A stretch of DNA of 64,000 bases, from the NCBI GenBank assembly GCA_951406725.2, contig OX597821.1, positions 106,206,001 through 106,270,000 of the forward strand. Reading direction: 5' to 3'. The notes below the pieces were generated by a model that worked only from the letters and a program-made list of their open reading frames with translations, made no database searches and was not told the origin of the DNA. Of this stretch, positions 11,965 through 26,764 are shown one piece after another. The translations under genes were made by a program, and so were the position numbers. How positions within the stretch are numbered: the stretch's first letter is position 1; each line of letters begins with the position of its first letter. The DNA comes from Octopus vulgaris. Its lineage: Eukaryota.

Positions 11965-14900
11965 GCCGACTACGGCTGCTATAATGGTACGATTATAATT
12001 GTAACGGCAATGATGGCCGTCTCCCCACGAGCCAACCAAAGCTAAAAAATGATAACATTATCGTAGCACCAAAATGTTTTTGGAAACTAAAAGGAAAACT
12101 AAATCAGTATACCAAATCGCTTGTCCTATGGTTAATCTGGAAGCGCGTCCCCCAGGGAAGAGCCAGCCTGGGATCGAAAAGTCATCAACTGGCACAAACT
12201 CTTCTCCGAATACGGACATGTATGGTCACTTGAACGGGAAATCCCCCAACTCAAGCCCTCCAAGTTCACCACCACAACCACCACAGAAAGAAAAATGTAA
12301 GCGGAACAAATGGACCCGAGAAGAGTATAAAGAAGTAATATACGCTTATTACTATGCATTAGGTAGGCCATCTCAAGAGAGACACACCGCAAACTCTTAC
12401 AGTATATGGAGAACACGGAATCAAGACAGTAGGCCCTATTTGGACGAGAACAAATTAGCAAATGTGAGGAGGGATATCTTTAGAAATAACAGACTCACAG
12501 ACAGTGAAATAAGTGCGATCAAGCACGCAACGGAAAATGACATAAATATAAGACACAAAAGAAATGAAGAATCAGATGAACAGTATAGCCCGCCACGAGG
12601 CTTAATTGAAAGACTGCCATCTGACCAAAGTACGCAAAGGCCTGAAGATACAAGAAATTCTATTGTACCTGTTAAAGATAGCCAGGAAAACGAAAAAACA
12701 ACAGTAACTGAAGATCTCGCATTTGCTGAAGAACACAGAGAGTCTATGGCAGAAATGAGGCAGAAAATCCTGAATACGCTTGAAGTTGTAAGACATACAA
12801 GTATGAAAGATAGAGAACCGCTTCATAAACTCTCAAATACAAACCAAAATAAAAAACAAATCCAAATTGGCAACTATGTAGCAAATGAAATAATACGAGA
12901 ATTAAAACCTGATTTTACTGAGTTAAATGAAATTATTTACGCTTCTGCTAGGGCAATTCAAACCAGCTGTATGCCCCCGAAAAAACAAAGAAAACAAAAC
13001 CTGGGAAGAAATCAAACCTGGAGAAGTAAAATTGAAAAAGAGATTGAATTTATGAGAGGGGAAATATCAATATTAAATGAACTAATATGTGGAAATGATG
13101 TAAGATCCAGAACAGGAAGAAAGATGAAGAGAAAATTTGGATCCTCACCAAGAGAAGAACTGATATCAATAAAAGAAACGCTGAAACAAAAAGTCCAAGC
13201 AAAAGCCCAAAGAATACGAAGATTTGAGAAGAGAAACAAGTTTTACAAGCAAAATAAGCTGTTCACATCCAATGCCAAAAAATTCTACAGAGAAATAGGG
13301 AAGGAGAAAGTAACCGTTAAAGACCCCCCTCCCATGGAAGAAGTTCAAAACTTTTGGGAAAGGATTTGGAGTGACAAGAAGACGTACAACATAAATGCAG
13401 ACTGGATTATACAAACTGAAGGATCCTACCAAAATTTACAACAACAAGCATGGGAAGACATCACAATAGCAGACCTAAGAAAGGCACTCACGAAGGCCCA
13501 TAATTGGAAATCCCCCGGTAAAGATAGGGTGCCGAATTTCTGGCTCGCATCGCTCCCGTGCGCACACGGTAAGCTAGTTCAGCTGCTCAATGGAATTTTG
13601 AGAGACCCAAGGAAAACACCTGAATGGTTAGCAAGTGGCATTACTTACCTACTCCCAAAGAATAACGAAACCAACCTTCCAAAAAACTATCGGCCTATAA
13701 CCTGTCTATCCACCACGTATAAAATCCTAACATCTATCCTGGCGGAGAAAACATATGCATTCATGGAGAAGAACGATATTTTCCCCATTGAACAAAAAGG
13801 GTGCCGCCGAGGCTCTTACGGATGCAAAGATCAACTGCTAATCAATCGTATGATCCTTGAGAACTGTCACAACAAGCGCAGAAATCTCAGCACCGCATGG
13901 ATTGACTATAAAAAGGCCTTCGACAGTATACCGCATCCATGGATCTTGAGATCGCTGGACATCTTCAAAATTTCCCCTGTGATTTCAAACTTCCTGAAGC
14001 ACAATATGTCGTTGTGGAATACGAATCTCCAATTATACCACTCTAATGGAGTACTTGCCTCAGAAAATATAAACATCAACTGTGGAATTTTTCAAGGTGA
14101 CTCACTTTCACCTTTAATATTCTGCATAGCCCTAATACCCCTTACAAGTGAATTAAACAGAACAGGGTATGGGTATAAAATTGCCAATAAAAAAATAAGC
14201 CATCTATTTTATATGGATGACTTAAAACTTTATGGTAAAGACAATAATGAACTTGAAGGCCTATTGCGCACCGTGAAAGCATTCAGCGATGACATCGGGA
14301 TCGAGTTTGGACTTGAGAAGTGTGCCAAGGCCACTTTCCAGAAAGGGAAAGTGAAGACCACAAATTCAGTCGTGTTAGATGTTGACACAGTCATAAGAGA
14401 GCTTGAGCAAGAACAGACATACAAATATTTAGGGATAAATGAAGGCTCTGGTATTCAGCATGCAAGCATGAAAGAGAAAATCAGGAAGGAATGTTATAGG
14501 AGAGTTCGTGCAGTCCTGAAATCTGAACTAAATGCACCTGACAAGGTGTTAGCTATAAATTCCTTAGCAGTTCCAGTTGTTACTTATAGCTACAATGCGT
14601 TGAACTGGAATATGAGTGAAGTAAAGAATATAGATAGAAAAATACGCAAGCTGCTGAGTTGTAATAGGATGCACCACCCAAAGGCAGACGTAGATCGCCT
14701 TTACCGTCCCAGAGCCCAAGGAGGTCGAGGCCTGACCCAATTTGAACTAGCTTACAAAACAACCACAATTGGACTGGCCAAATATCTCGAAATATCGAAT
14801 GACTGGATGCTAAAGCTCGTGGAAAATCACGAGAGACGAAAGAAGCTTCATTCTATCATCAAGGAAAGCAAAAAATTTGCTATTGATCTCGTGCAGGATA

Positions 14901-15950
14901 CCCAAACAGAACAACCCGAGGGAAGTACGGCAACTATTGTTGCAAAGAAGGTGAAAATGATGGCAATGAAAAAAGCGCACGAGCAATTGGCTGATAGGTG
15001 GGAGGAGAAACCTCTGCACGGCAAATATGTGACCCGCAGCAAACAAGCTGATGTTGACCAGAAGCAAGCCCATCAGTGGCTGCGGAGCTCAGGGCTAAAA
15101 GCAGAGAGCGAAGGTTTCATCCTGGCTGCTCAAGACCAAAGCCTATTAACCCGGAACTACCAGGCCAATGTGATGAAAAATGGAGCAGACCCAAAATGCC
15201 GATTCTGCAACGACATGATTGAAACAGTGGACCACCTAATCTCTGGATGTAAAGTCTTAGCACCAGTAGAGTATAAATTAAGACATGACAGAGTTGGCCA
15301 ATATCTCCACTGGCTAATAAGTCGGCATTACAATATCAAAACTGCCGACAAGTGGTATAATCACCACCCTGAGGCTGTAACTGAAGGAGAAAATGTAACC
15401 ATTCTGTGGGACTTTCCAGTACATACAGACCGAACCATCAAGGCCAATAAACCAGATATTGTTGTGAAAGACCAAAACAATAAAGTTTGCTTATTGATCG
15501 ACATGAGCATCCCCTGTGATCATAATATCTCAGCGAAAGAGTTTGACAAGCTCAGAAAATATAAAGACCTACTCATTGAAATTGAGAAAATGTGGAATCT
15601 CAAGGCGGTTACAATACCAGTGATCGTAGGAGCACTAGGAATGATCAAGAAGGGAACCGAAAATTATATGAGAATGATCCCTGGCTTACCATCCCTGCAA
15701 GAAGTGCAAAAGATTGTCTTAACTGGTACATCACACGTATTGAGAAGAGCATTGTCGATGTGAGAACTGTTGCTGCTCATGTATTTTAATTTAACTTTAA
15801 AAATAAAAAAAAATAAAAAAATAAAAAAATGAACGAACTACTGAGTTTGGTTTAATGGCCTACCAATATACACTATGAGTTTCTTTGCCCTAGGAGTCGG
15901 GAAGACACTCGGCAAGAAATGGAAGAAAATTTGAAAGAAGAAAAAAAAAT
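11965..15950 (+). mobile_element. Full-length R4/Dong-like non-LTR retrotransposon (RT plus restriction-like endonuclease) inserted in a (TAA)n-type microsatellite
   Basis: Single long ORF, about 110-nt 5' UTR following ...aataacaataataa, and about 190-nt 3' UTR followed by (AAT)n. Confidence 0.92.
12074..15763 (+). CDS. R4-clade retrotransposon polyprotein (1229 aa): N-terminal Myb-like region, reverse transcriptase, CCHC zinc knuckle, PD-(D/E)xK RLE endonuclease
   Basis: KWTREEY (Myb-like); KSPGKD, NYRPIT, DYKKAFDSI, GIFQGDSLSP, YMDDL (RT); CRFC..ETVDHLISGC; RHD; KPDIVV..IDMSIP..K.RKY (RLE). No stops or frameshifts. Confidence 0.95.
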   Translation: MFLETKRKTKSVYQIACPMVNLEARPPGKSQPGIEKSSTGTNSSPNTDMYGHLNGKSPNSSPPSSPPQPPQKEKCKRNKWTREEYKEVIYAYYYALGRPSQERHTANSYSIWRTRNQDSRPYLDENKLANVRRDIFRNNRLTDSEISAIKHATENDINIRHKRNEESDEQYSPPRGLIERLPSDQSTQRPEDTRNSIVPVKDSQENEKTTVTEDLAFAEEHRESMAEMRQKILNTLEVVRHTSMKDREPLHKLSNTNQNKKQIQIGNYVANEIIRELKPDFTELNEIIYASARAIQTSCMPPKKQRKQNLGRNQTWRSKIEKEIEFMRGEISILNELICGNDVRSRTGRKMKRKFGSSPREELISIKETLKQKVQAKAQRIRRFEKRNKFYKQNKLFTSNAKKFYREIGKEKVTVKDPPPMEEVQNFWERIWSDKKTYNINADWIIQTEGSYQNLQQQAWEDITIADLRKALTKAHNWKSPGKDRVPNFWLASLPCAHGKLVQLLNGILRDPRKTPEWLASGITYLLPKNNETNLPKNYRPITCLSTTYKILTSILAEKTYAFMEKNDIFPIEQKGCRRGSYGCKDQLLINRMILENCHNKRRNLSTAWIDYKKAFDSIPHPWILRSLDIFKISPVISNFLKHNMSLWNTNLQLYHSNGVLASENININCGIFQGDSLSPLIFCIALIPLTSELNRTGYGYKIANKKISHLFYMDDLKLYGKDNNELEGLLRTVKAFSDDIGIEFGLEKCAKATFQKGKVKTTNSVVLDVDTVIRELEQEQTYKYLGINEGSGIQHASMKEKIRKECYRRVRAVLKSELNAPDKVLAINSLAVPVVTYSYNALNWNMSEVKNIDRKIRKLLSCNRMHHPKADVDRLYRPRAQGGRGLTQFELAYKTTTIGLAKYLEISNDWMLKLVENHERRKKLHSIIKESKKFAIDLVQDTQTEQPEGSTATIVAKKVKMMAMKKAHEQLADRWEEKPLHGKYVTRSKQADVDQKQAHQWLRSSGLKAESEGFILAAQDQSLLTRNYQANVMKNGADPKCRFCNDMIETVDHLISGCKVLAPVEYKLRHDRVGQYLHWLISRHYNIKTADKWYNHHPEAVTEGENVTILWDFPVHTDRTIKANKPDIVVKDQNNKVCLLIDMSIPCDHNISAKEFDKLRKYKDLLIEIEKMWNLKAVTIPVIVGALGMIKKGTENYMRMIPGLPSLQEVQKIVLTGTSHVLRRALSM

Positions 15951-15951
15951 A

Positions 15952-17429
<1,478 letters not shown>

Positions 17430-17454
17430 AATAATAATAATAATAATAATAATA

Positions 17455-17820
17455 ATTTACGAATTGGTGAGTTTGATTCCAAGATCGTAAGGAAAGAGGA
17501 TGAAACATTTTAAAAATTTTAATTCCTTGAAATTTGAAATTGCAAGAATTTGGAGTATCAAAACTGTAAAGGTCTTATAATAATTGGTACATTGTACACT
17601 GTAAGCAAAGATCTAGAGAAATGGTTGCAAGAGATTGGAATTGAATGTCCTGTGGTGCCTCTACAGAAAGTCTGTCTCTTAGAAACAGGAAAGATTATCT
17701 TGAGGATTCTAAGCACCTGAATGATTGAATGACTATTGAAAACTTGCGGGTGTCTAATTTTAGAGGAAGTGAATCAGTACACACATAAAGCCTACCAGGA
17801 ATAAGACTGAACCTGAGTCA
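17455..17820 (+). mobile_element. Degenerate R4-like RLE 3' fragment related to 7300-7820
   Basis: LKFEIARIW, IIIGT and LQKVCLLETGKIILRIL remnants. The 3' UTR cctaccaggaataagactgaacctga resembles 7790-7815. Confidence 0.7.
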
Positions 17821-18258
17821 AATCAATAACGATGATCCTCTCATCTAAAGGCACAAAGCCTGAACGTTGGAGGAGGCAGCTTGTCTATTTCATCCAACTC
17901 AGTACCCACCTGGTACTTATTTTATCGACAGTAGAAGCATGAAATACTCAGTTGACATCGAACGGATTTGATCTTAAAACATTCAGCGCTGGGGCATATA
18001 AAAATTAACGATTTTTTCAATACACTACCTTCAATGCTACACTGATTCTTTTCTTACAGTCCTCCAACATCAATACTCCATTAACAGTAAGAAATTTACT
18101 TAAGCGTGGCGAACTAATGATCACAACAAAATGAAAGATGCATCAATCTATAATGCCAGTGAAGCAGTGTGTGCTCACATTAACACTTTATGGATTACAG
18201 TATTTCAAGTGAAACAGCATCGATTTGTAAATCCTACAGATTAGTACTAGAAGAGAAC

Positions 18259-18643
18259 GGAAGGAAGCACTCCGTCGGTTACGACGACGAGGGTTCCGGT
18301 TGATCCAATCAACGGAACAGCCTGCTCGTGAAATTAACGCGTAAGTGGCTGAGGACTCCACAGACACGTGTACCTTTAACGTAGTTCTCGGGGATATTCA
18401 GCGTGACACAGAGAGTGACAAGGCCGGCCCTTTGAAATACAGGTACAACAGAAACAGGAAGTAAGAGTGAGAGAAAGTTGTGGTGAAAGAGTACAGCAGG
18501 GATCACCACCATCCCCTGCCGGAGCTTCGTGGAGCTTTAGGTGTTTTCGCTCAATAAACACTCACAACGCCCGGTCTGGGAATCGAAACCGCGATCCTAC
18601 GACCGCGAGTCCGCTGCCCTAACCTCTGGGCCATTGCGCCTCC
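18259..18643 (-). mobile_element. Full-length tRNA-derived SINE (family B) with a 13-bp TSD
   Basis: tRNA-like head on the minus strand (ggcgcaatggcccagaggttagg...ggtttcgattccc). TSD ACTAGAAGAGAAC at 18246-18258 and 18644-18656. Confidence 0.9.
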
Positions 18644-19401
18644 ACTAGAAGAGAACATCGATGAATAAAACTATGAATAACGAAACTGTTATCTAAAATC
18701 TTGTACTTGTTTCTGTCATTGGACTGGGGACATGCTGCGGCATCATGTTGAAGATCCAGTGCTTATTTTGATATATGGGTCCTTATTTTCTTCCTAAATT
18801 AAGAGGATGTAAACAACACAACCCTGGTTGTCAAGAGGTCGAAGGGAGCAGATACAGAAACAAATTCACACACATGCTCACGCGCATGCATGTACACATG
18901 TATTTACATACATTTTTATATATATGTATATCTTGTATGTGTGTGTGTGTGTGTGTGTGTATGTATATGTATATATGTGTGTATGTATATATATATATAT
19001 ATTGTTGTTTGTTGTTTGTTGTTTGCTCCTTCTCGAGACATGCCTGGTTCATTAGGGCTGGTTTTCAGGTTTCCTTGGCGTATAGGTTCCCCACCTGGAC
19101 GGAACGCCAGACCGTCGCAGGTGAGCTACAAAATGCAAGAGGAAAGAGTAAGAGAAAGTTGCAGCGAAAGAGTCAGCAGAAGTTCGCCATTACCTTCTGC
19201 CGGAGCCGCGTGGAGCTTAGGCGTTTCGCTCATAAACACACACATCGCCTCGTCTGAGATTCGAACCCGCGATCTCTCGATATACTTGCCCGTATATCAA
19301 AATAAGTATTGGATCTTCAACATGATGCCCCAGTATGTCCCCCAGCCCAATGACTGAAACAAGTACAAGACTTTAGATAAAAGATTCGTTATTCGTAGTT
19401 T

Positions 19402-19448
<47 letters not shown>

Positions 19449-19598
19449 GGGTGGGGTATATGTATGTATTTATATATATAGCTTACTGTTCCGTTAAGGG
19501 TACGATAAAGGAAAATATGTTTTAAGCAGTGAGATAAATACCATTTAATATAGCCACACACACACACACACACACACATACATACACACTCATATGTA

Positions 19599-19634
<36 letters not shown>

Positions 19635-20129
19635 TAAATATACACGTGTATGTATGTATTTATAGATAGAGTTTACTGTTCCATTAAGGGTAGGATCAGG
19701 AATATGTGTTCTGAGCAGTGGGAAATATCATTTAATAAACACGATTTAATAAAGCGCTGCAAATAAATTCATGCTCTAGAGGTACACTAAATCGGCAGAT
19801 TCATATAACAGTCCATATGTCTCCAAGCAATGTTTCAGGCTCAGTGCTTTACGTTAGACCTATTTGAAAACCTAGACTATGCACTGTGAGAAAACATGAG
19901 TAAAGAAAGAGAAGAAAAAAGCAAAGAATGTTGGTGCAGAAAAGTGGAACTAGGATTTCCTGAGTAGTTATCTCACAGTTTTCAGTCCCCTCTACGTCAT
20001 GTTAATCTACATCAGCTTGATGAATTATGATGTTTAAAGACAAAGAGAATGAACATATTCTTTTTGTTATTTTCCTTTTTACTTTTTGACCAACATTCTT
20101 CCCGTGTTACAAGTGACGTGGAAATGAAC

Positions 20130-20640
20130 AGCGGACCTTCCCGTTTCTTTGTGGCAATAGCCATGAATACGATAGCAGCAATAATCATAAAATATAAAAC
20201 ATCCCATGAATAAATGGCAGGCAGTGTTACAGCTTCAGACAAATTAGGGACTCATAAAAACCAAAGTCATCCCCATTAGAAGAGGATAATTCCAGGAGCA
20301 CACGCTCTCTCCACTCCTTTTCCGATTGGCACTGACATCTTTATCTGACATGCTAAACAGAACTGGATGTGGATACGACTGTTACGGGAAAACAATCAAC
20401 AATCACTTGTATATGGATCATCTAAATCTGAGTGGCAAAATAAAGGAGTTGATTTGATGTTTCCAAAAAGAGGAGAGAAGCAGCTGTTTACGATCACAGA
20501 ATAGAAATATTCTGGAAGATGGCGCTTTAAAGATGTGGTTGAATGCAAAGTGCAAAGTAAAACAATTCGAGACAGTAGAACGGTACCATTGGAAATTGAT
20601 GCGACAATAAATACCTATCTTGGGAGATGTTTATGATTTT
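20130..20640 (+). mobile_element. Degenerate R4-like RT-core fragment
   Basis: Reads IPIRRG*FQEHTLSPLLF.LAL..LSDMLNRTGCGY....TINNHLYMDHL, matching the GIFQGDSLSP...YMDDL region of the intact element. Confidence 0.75.
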
Positions 20641-21884
20641 TGTCTTATTAATACAAGCCTCCCATATCGCCCGCAGAATGCCTGCAATTATGGTTTCACC
20701 GTTAGGTCGCTTAAATCCATCCCGGTGCTCGACTAGTCCGTCTTATATCGACCTCCGAAATGATTAAAGATAAATTCGAACCTAACAGTATTTGAACTTT
20801 CGAATGTAAAGAGGCAATGCTACTAAGCATTTAGCCCGACGCATTTTTCCAGCGCCGCCTTAATTTTTCTCTTAATATTCTTCCACACCAAAAGAAGGGC
20901 CACCCATCACAATCAATCGTTTGTGCACTGTCGCCACTTCAGTTACAGCAATGATTAGGAAACCATGGTTGAATTCATATTGCTGCTCTATAGACGTGGG
21001 TGTGCCTTCTACTATAATCTATTCCCGCCCACAATATCGACTGTTATAACTAAGCCCTCACCTTATGTACATCACATGAGAAATTGCGTTCAATTTCTCC
21101 TTATGTATGAGCCCTCCTTCTCTGACTTACCTGCAGATTATCGTAGAATTATCCCTAGCCTTCTAGTGAAACCCCATCGTTTCTCAAATTCTGTCCAAAT
21201 CTTCCCCCGCCATGATCCCCTAATTGAACTCAGTCTCTACGTGAATTATGCATTCCTAGTTCTTCCTTCACCGTAAATAACAAAAGCAGATCCTTCGTCT
21301 CCCTACGTTCCATTTGCCACGCTTTCCGTTCGCTCACCTACGCCCCTAAGTTCTCTAATCTTAATAATCACTCGCTCCATATCACAGATAGCTTTACGGG
21401 TATCTTGATAAATCTATCACATTGCTTTATGTATTCAAGTGAACACCGTAAAGCGTGGCTGTAAATTTAATGATAGAAGAGGAGCGTTCAGCTCAATAGC
21501 GTATCATAATTCCCATGTCATTTCTACTCACTACATCATTTTAACTGGTAACATTTCGTTTTCGACCATTTCTTTCACGGTGGATTACACTTCTTCCCTG
21601 CGGAATAAAACTGGATATTATATTTATGCTTCCGATTATGTGCTGACACCGTTCTAAGTCTCAACTTAAAAATTTTGTAATCGTTTATTTATATATTTTT
21701 CTTCAGTATACACAAATTGTATTTAGAAGAGCTACCGAAGTCACACAGCTTCACCAAGCGTCAACAGTCACAAGCTTGCGTCAGCTGCTGCTATTTATGT
21801 ATACTATGTATACCTTGCACACATCTACTACAATTCAATGAATTACATAGACACGACAAAGCATATGTATGTAATATATTAACA

Positions 21885-22213
21885 GTGAGGGCGCGTGGCT
21901 TAGTGGTTAGGGCATTCGGCTCATGATCGTAAGGTTGTGAGTTCGATTCCCGGCGACGCGTTGTGTCCTTGAGCCAGACACTTTATTTCACGTTGCTCCA
22001 GTCCACTCAGCTGGCAAAAATGAGTTGTACTTGTATTTCAAAGGGTCAGCCTTGTCACTCTCTGTGTCATGCTGATTATCCCCGAGAACTACGTTAAGGG
22101 TACACGTGTCTGTGGAATGCTCAGCCATTTGCACGTTAATTTCACGAGCAAGCTGTTCCGTTGATCGTATCAGCTGGGACCCTCGTCGTCGTAACCGGCG
22201 GAGTCTTTTTTTT
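21885..22213 (+). mobile_element. Full-length tRNA-derived SINE (B-type tail) with a 13-bp TSD
   Basis: A box tggcttagtgg and B box gttcgattcc. TSD TAATATATTAACA at 21872-21884 and 22214-22226. Confidence 0.9.
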
Positions 22214-23389
22214 TAATATATTAACAAAAACACATGCATGCATCTGTATATATATTTTTAAAAAATCAAATTCTTATACTTCTTGAATCACGCACACATA
22301 CACATGGTCAAATATAGATACACATCGAAGACATACAGGCAAACACATGTCTTCTGTGTATACAACACACGATACATAGATACCATCACCAATTAGCAGG
22401 CATCTGGGCGTTTCCTATCCGTGCAAATGCATACACACGCACCAAATGCACACAGACTTGCAGTATGTTAGTTGTGTGTGTGGTGTACTGAACTGAACAA
22501 GGATAGAGGCCGTCTGGCAGTCTCTGCATAAATATACATACATATCTACTATTGTCGAATGCGCATACACACTCATGTACGTAACATCATAACACACATA
22601 TTCCTTGAATACATAAACACAAACCGACAAATACTGCCGAGTGTTTTGTCTGAAATGCACTATACATAACATCCACAACAAAACGATAAATAAATACAGT
22701 GTGTCTAAACCAGGTGCCTTATACACGCTTCCAAAATTGTCTTCCTCCGTGAAGTGTCCGATTATAAATACTATTGACCCGACTTTACCAGTTACACTTC
22801 TCACAAGAAAGTGGTTTTCTCCTAAACACAAACTGATTAATCATATTTGTTTCTTCCGATTTTAATTTAATGATATTCAAATTGTTTTCAGTTAATTTTT
22901 TTACTGCCCGGCAAGCTTTCACCAGTAACAGGGAACACATTATTCACGTTTCCTATATATCGAAGCACAAACTTTGTCTTAACAGCGACAAACTCGTACA
23001 TGGCATGACAAGCTGCTATGATGTTCGCCTCACTTCAGTTGTCTCGGTTACAAGCACGGCATAATGCCTTTCAACCGTGTATACAATTTAGTATGATAGA
23101 AAGTTAGAAATTTTGATAAGTTTGATTGTTATTCTATTGAATCCTGGAGTCAAAATAGAAAGTCAACCTAGGTGCAACATGAACTCAATCTGTAAAGATA
23201 TGTAAGTCAATACAACACGGAATTACATTCATTTGTGTTGATGTATTAATGTACAAGTGGATGAAGGGAGCTCTGTCTTTTGACAACTGCATTACTTATG
23301 TTTATATTTAATGGTATTAGGCTGGCTACCATGTTGAATGTGTACTAAACAGTTGTATTGGATACGTTACTGTACGCGTACAAGACTTA

Positions 23390-23975
23390 GATGGTTTACG
23401 AAAGCCACACCGTAAAGCTCCACCTCTTCCACATGAATTTCTTGAGAACGCTGATGGAAATCACCTGGCAAGACAAGGTCACGGACACGGATGTCCTCTC
23501 TGTAGCTGATCTGCTGAGCGTTTACACACTACTGAGGGGAACGTAAGTCAGGTGAGCTGGTCACCTTGTGTGAATGTGTGATACGCGACTCCTCAAGAGA
23601 CGGCTTTACAGCGAACTGGCGGAAAACAAGGTCACGCAAGATGGACAAAAGAAGCGTTTCAAGGACACACTCAAAGCCTCAGGGAAGAGCTTTGAGATCA
23701 ACACCGACACCTGGGAACCGCATGAGCAAAACCGCCCAGCCTATTGAAGGTACAGAAACAGGTATAACATACTACGAACAGAAGAGGATTACCGAGGTGT
23801 AAAGAAAACGCAAACTGCAGAAGTTGAGAGCCAACAATTTGCCTTAAGTCCCAACAGATGACCAGTGGCTGACCTGCGGCAGAGTCTTCCGAGCACACAT
23901 CAGACACACCGCTCTCCATCTTCTTTTCCCACGTGATGTGCTTGGTCAGCATTTATAACGAGGGACGAACTAACA
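23390..23975 (+). mobile_element. RTE/BovB-like LINE 3' fragment
   Basis: FHMNFLRTL..ITWQDKVTDTDVL, AGHLV, LYSEL and GQKKRFKDTLK remnants. Confidence 0.8.
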
Positions 23976-25715
23976 TAATTGGTTGTGAATTTCTTTCATA
24001 TTTGTACTCGTGATGTAAATCTCAGGCAGAGTAATCGTGAGACATGTATTGAAAATTATATACAAAATAAATATATGAAATATAAATAAGATATAAATAT
24101 ATAGTAAATGAATGCATATATAATGATGATTTCTTTTGTTGGCCACAGGAGCCTAAATTTAGGATGAGTTCAAGTGACGAAATAAAACACCCAAAAGAGA
24201 CTTTGTATTGATTAAAAAGTAATCATTAATGATAAATATATCAGTAAAATAGAACAAAAGTTATGAAAATAGAATTTTTAAATATTTCAAAAAGAAAAAG
24301 AATCAAGAAATCTCCCAATATAGGGCAGTCACCTATAGTAATTTCGAGAAGCTTCAGGAAAAAGACAAAAGCTCGGATTAATTTGCTCTTTCTCCAAAGC
24401 ATCGAAATTACGTTCACCCAGTTTCTTAGCACCTGCTTAGAAAAGATTACTCACTATTCTTACCAATCAAATCTACCTTTTGATAAAGACATTAGACGGC
24501 AGTCCCTCTCACTCTCTACCTACTTTCATCTTTCTCTTAAAATTGCGCTTGAAGAGCGCCAGTCAATAAAACGTCTGCATTCAAGCCTGGCGGACGATCC
24601 ACCACAAATCTTATGCTACAGCCACGAACAAATGAAAGATATGTCTCTTTTCTCGGCCAACGGATGGGAGTCTGTCGACCTTCACTATAGAATTGATAGA
24701 TTTAACCTGCATGTGACAGTAGCTGTTACTCAAAAACCCTCAAATTGTTAATATACGGGCATTCAGTGATGATGTTTACAAGATGGCTTCGTCAGCAGGC
24801 CGGGTTTTTAATACGTTCAGCTTTAGCCCTTCATACCTGAAAAGCTAAACTTGAACAGGATTTTCCTCCAGACAAACATCCTCGCACAGACTGTTTTCAT
24901 CGAAAGCCAGAGTCAATTCGAAGCCATTGTCGCTGTACTCTCAACAATCCCTCTATAGATATCTAGAATTATTTTCCTGCTCAAGCCTTGGACAGCTGGT
25001 AAGATGCTCAAAACACATTTCAAAATTCTACACACTAAACGCGCAATTTTGCCTTGAACTATGATTGCAGCTCACGCCTGTTTGCTCTCATTCACGTTGT
25101 CGCAATCAGCATGATTGCAGTAATCTTGATATTTCTAGAGGTGCATCGACCTCAGCAATTACTGGAATTTTATCATGGATAGCATCTCGAGGCCACCTGT
25201 TTGTGGGATTTAACAGCGAACAGATATGCAGATGTGTGGAAACTTAACTATTCATAAGAAGCCGAAAAGCAAGATCTTCAATTTAGTCAGGTGTTTCTTA
25301 GGGCAAGGTTCGACTATCAAACGTTAGTGTTCCATGGAAGACACCTTGGTCCCTGTTTGAGTGCTATTTGCTACTCGGTGAGCGAACTTTCCATTTTCCT
25401 ATCCACTTGGATTTCCGATACGAGCGAGACCTCGAAAACTTTCATTTCTCCTTTCAGATTTTTCATAGGCTGCTGTCATAATCGTTCTTTCATCTATTGT
25501 TTCTAGATATAAGTAGTTAATTTTTGTTTGAGTTTGGCTCTTTACTACGTTTCGAGTCATTAATATACTCCGCTTAAGTCTGCAGATTTTTATTCTCTAC
25601 GGCAAATCTCATATGTATGAATAAATGTAATTTTCGATGGATATATGCATGCAAGCATGTACATCAACATATATGTGTATATTAGTGTGTGTATGTTGTG
25701 AATGTATGTATGTAA

Positions 25716-25753
<38 letters not shown>

Positions 25754-26707
25754 CTATTTATAAATGTATGTATATGTTTATATATATAAATGTATATATA
25801 TATATATGTATATATTCGTGTATACATATATATGTATGTGTATATATACGTATATGCATATATTTGTTAACCTGTATGCATGTACAAAGCCCGTGTTTTT
25901 TTTTAAATTTACAATATTGATGAGGATTTCGATTTTTTACAGCTCCATAAACATATTTATTACTGACAAGTAATGGCGGCAGATTTATGCAGCACGTTTC
26001 TTGAGAGAAATACATAAAGTTCGATAATTCTTTTAAATGCGACCATATCTGAAAAATGAAGACATACACTACATGAAATCGAGATGAATTTTGATTATTC
26101 TTTTACGTAAAATATCACACGTGATTGATTTCTTTGATGTTATCAGCCATAAAATTTATGTGCAAACAGAACGAGCCTGCTTTTATACACCTAGACACAA
26201 AAACTTCTACTTCCAGCGATGCAATATATTTCTTATTACTTCTAAGTAATACAAGGTCCGTTTCAAATCGTTGAATTTCACAATAGGTTTTCTGAACATC
26301 AAATGTCTAAGATGATTCATAATTTATTTAATTTCAAGAAGAAATAAAGAAAAAATAAGGACATGAGAATTACAGAAAGAGCAATACGAAATAAATAACT
26401 ATTTTATTAATAAATGAAAATACATTCAATTAGATCATGTAGTTTTGTTTGAAGCGTTTGAAGCTAAAAAGACAAAGACATCTCTCACTATCATGAGATA
26501 TGTATATGCATATATATACATATATACACACACGCAAACACACACAACACGTCGATTACTTTGTATTATGTATGATTTACTGAAAACCTTTTTAGATATA
26601 CCTACTTATGATACTAATCCCATAAATCGGATAACTATAATAAATGCTGCTTGTTCAATTTCGAAACTATTATTCCCTGTCGTTCTATAAGAAGACATTT
26701 TATTGCT

Positions 26708-26764
<57 letters not shown>

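Noticed and set aside
11965-12073. HDV-like ribozyme in the 5' UTR of the R4-like element
   Set aside because: Some pairing potential and a CCCC loop are visible, but I could not build the nested double pseudoknot by eye. A covariance search is needed.
21530-21597. Candidate minus-strand start exon (MVENEMLPVKMM) for the putative gene at 4425-9187
   Set aside because: The splice signals are good, but a direct join to 9187 creates TAG and I found no phase-consistent chain of intermediate exons.
21885-21960. tRNA genes (also near 5800, 18570-18643, 52625 and 55658)
   Set aside because: The tRNA-like A/B boxes continue into SINE bodies, with TSDs in two cases, and lack a proper acceptor stem.
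24260-25600. Non-microsatellite block with 60-160 aa ORFs
   Set aside because: No recognisable domain or consistent frame. It is probably an old TE remnant, but I cannot classify it.
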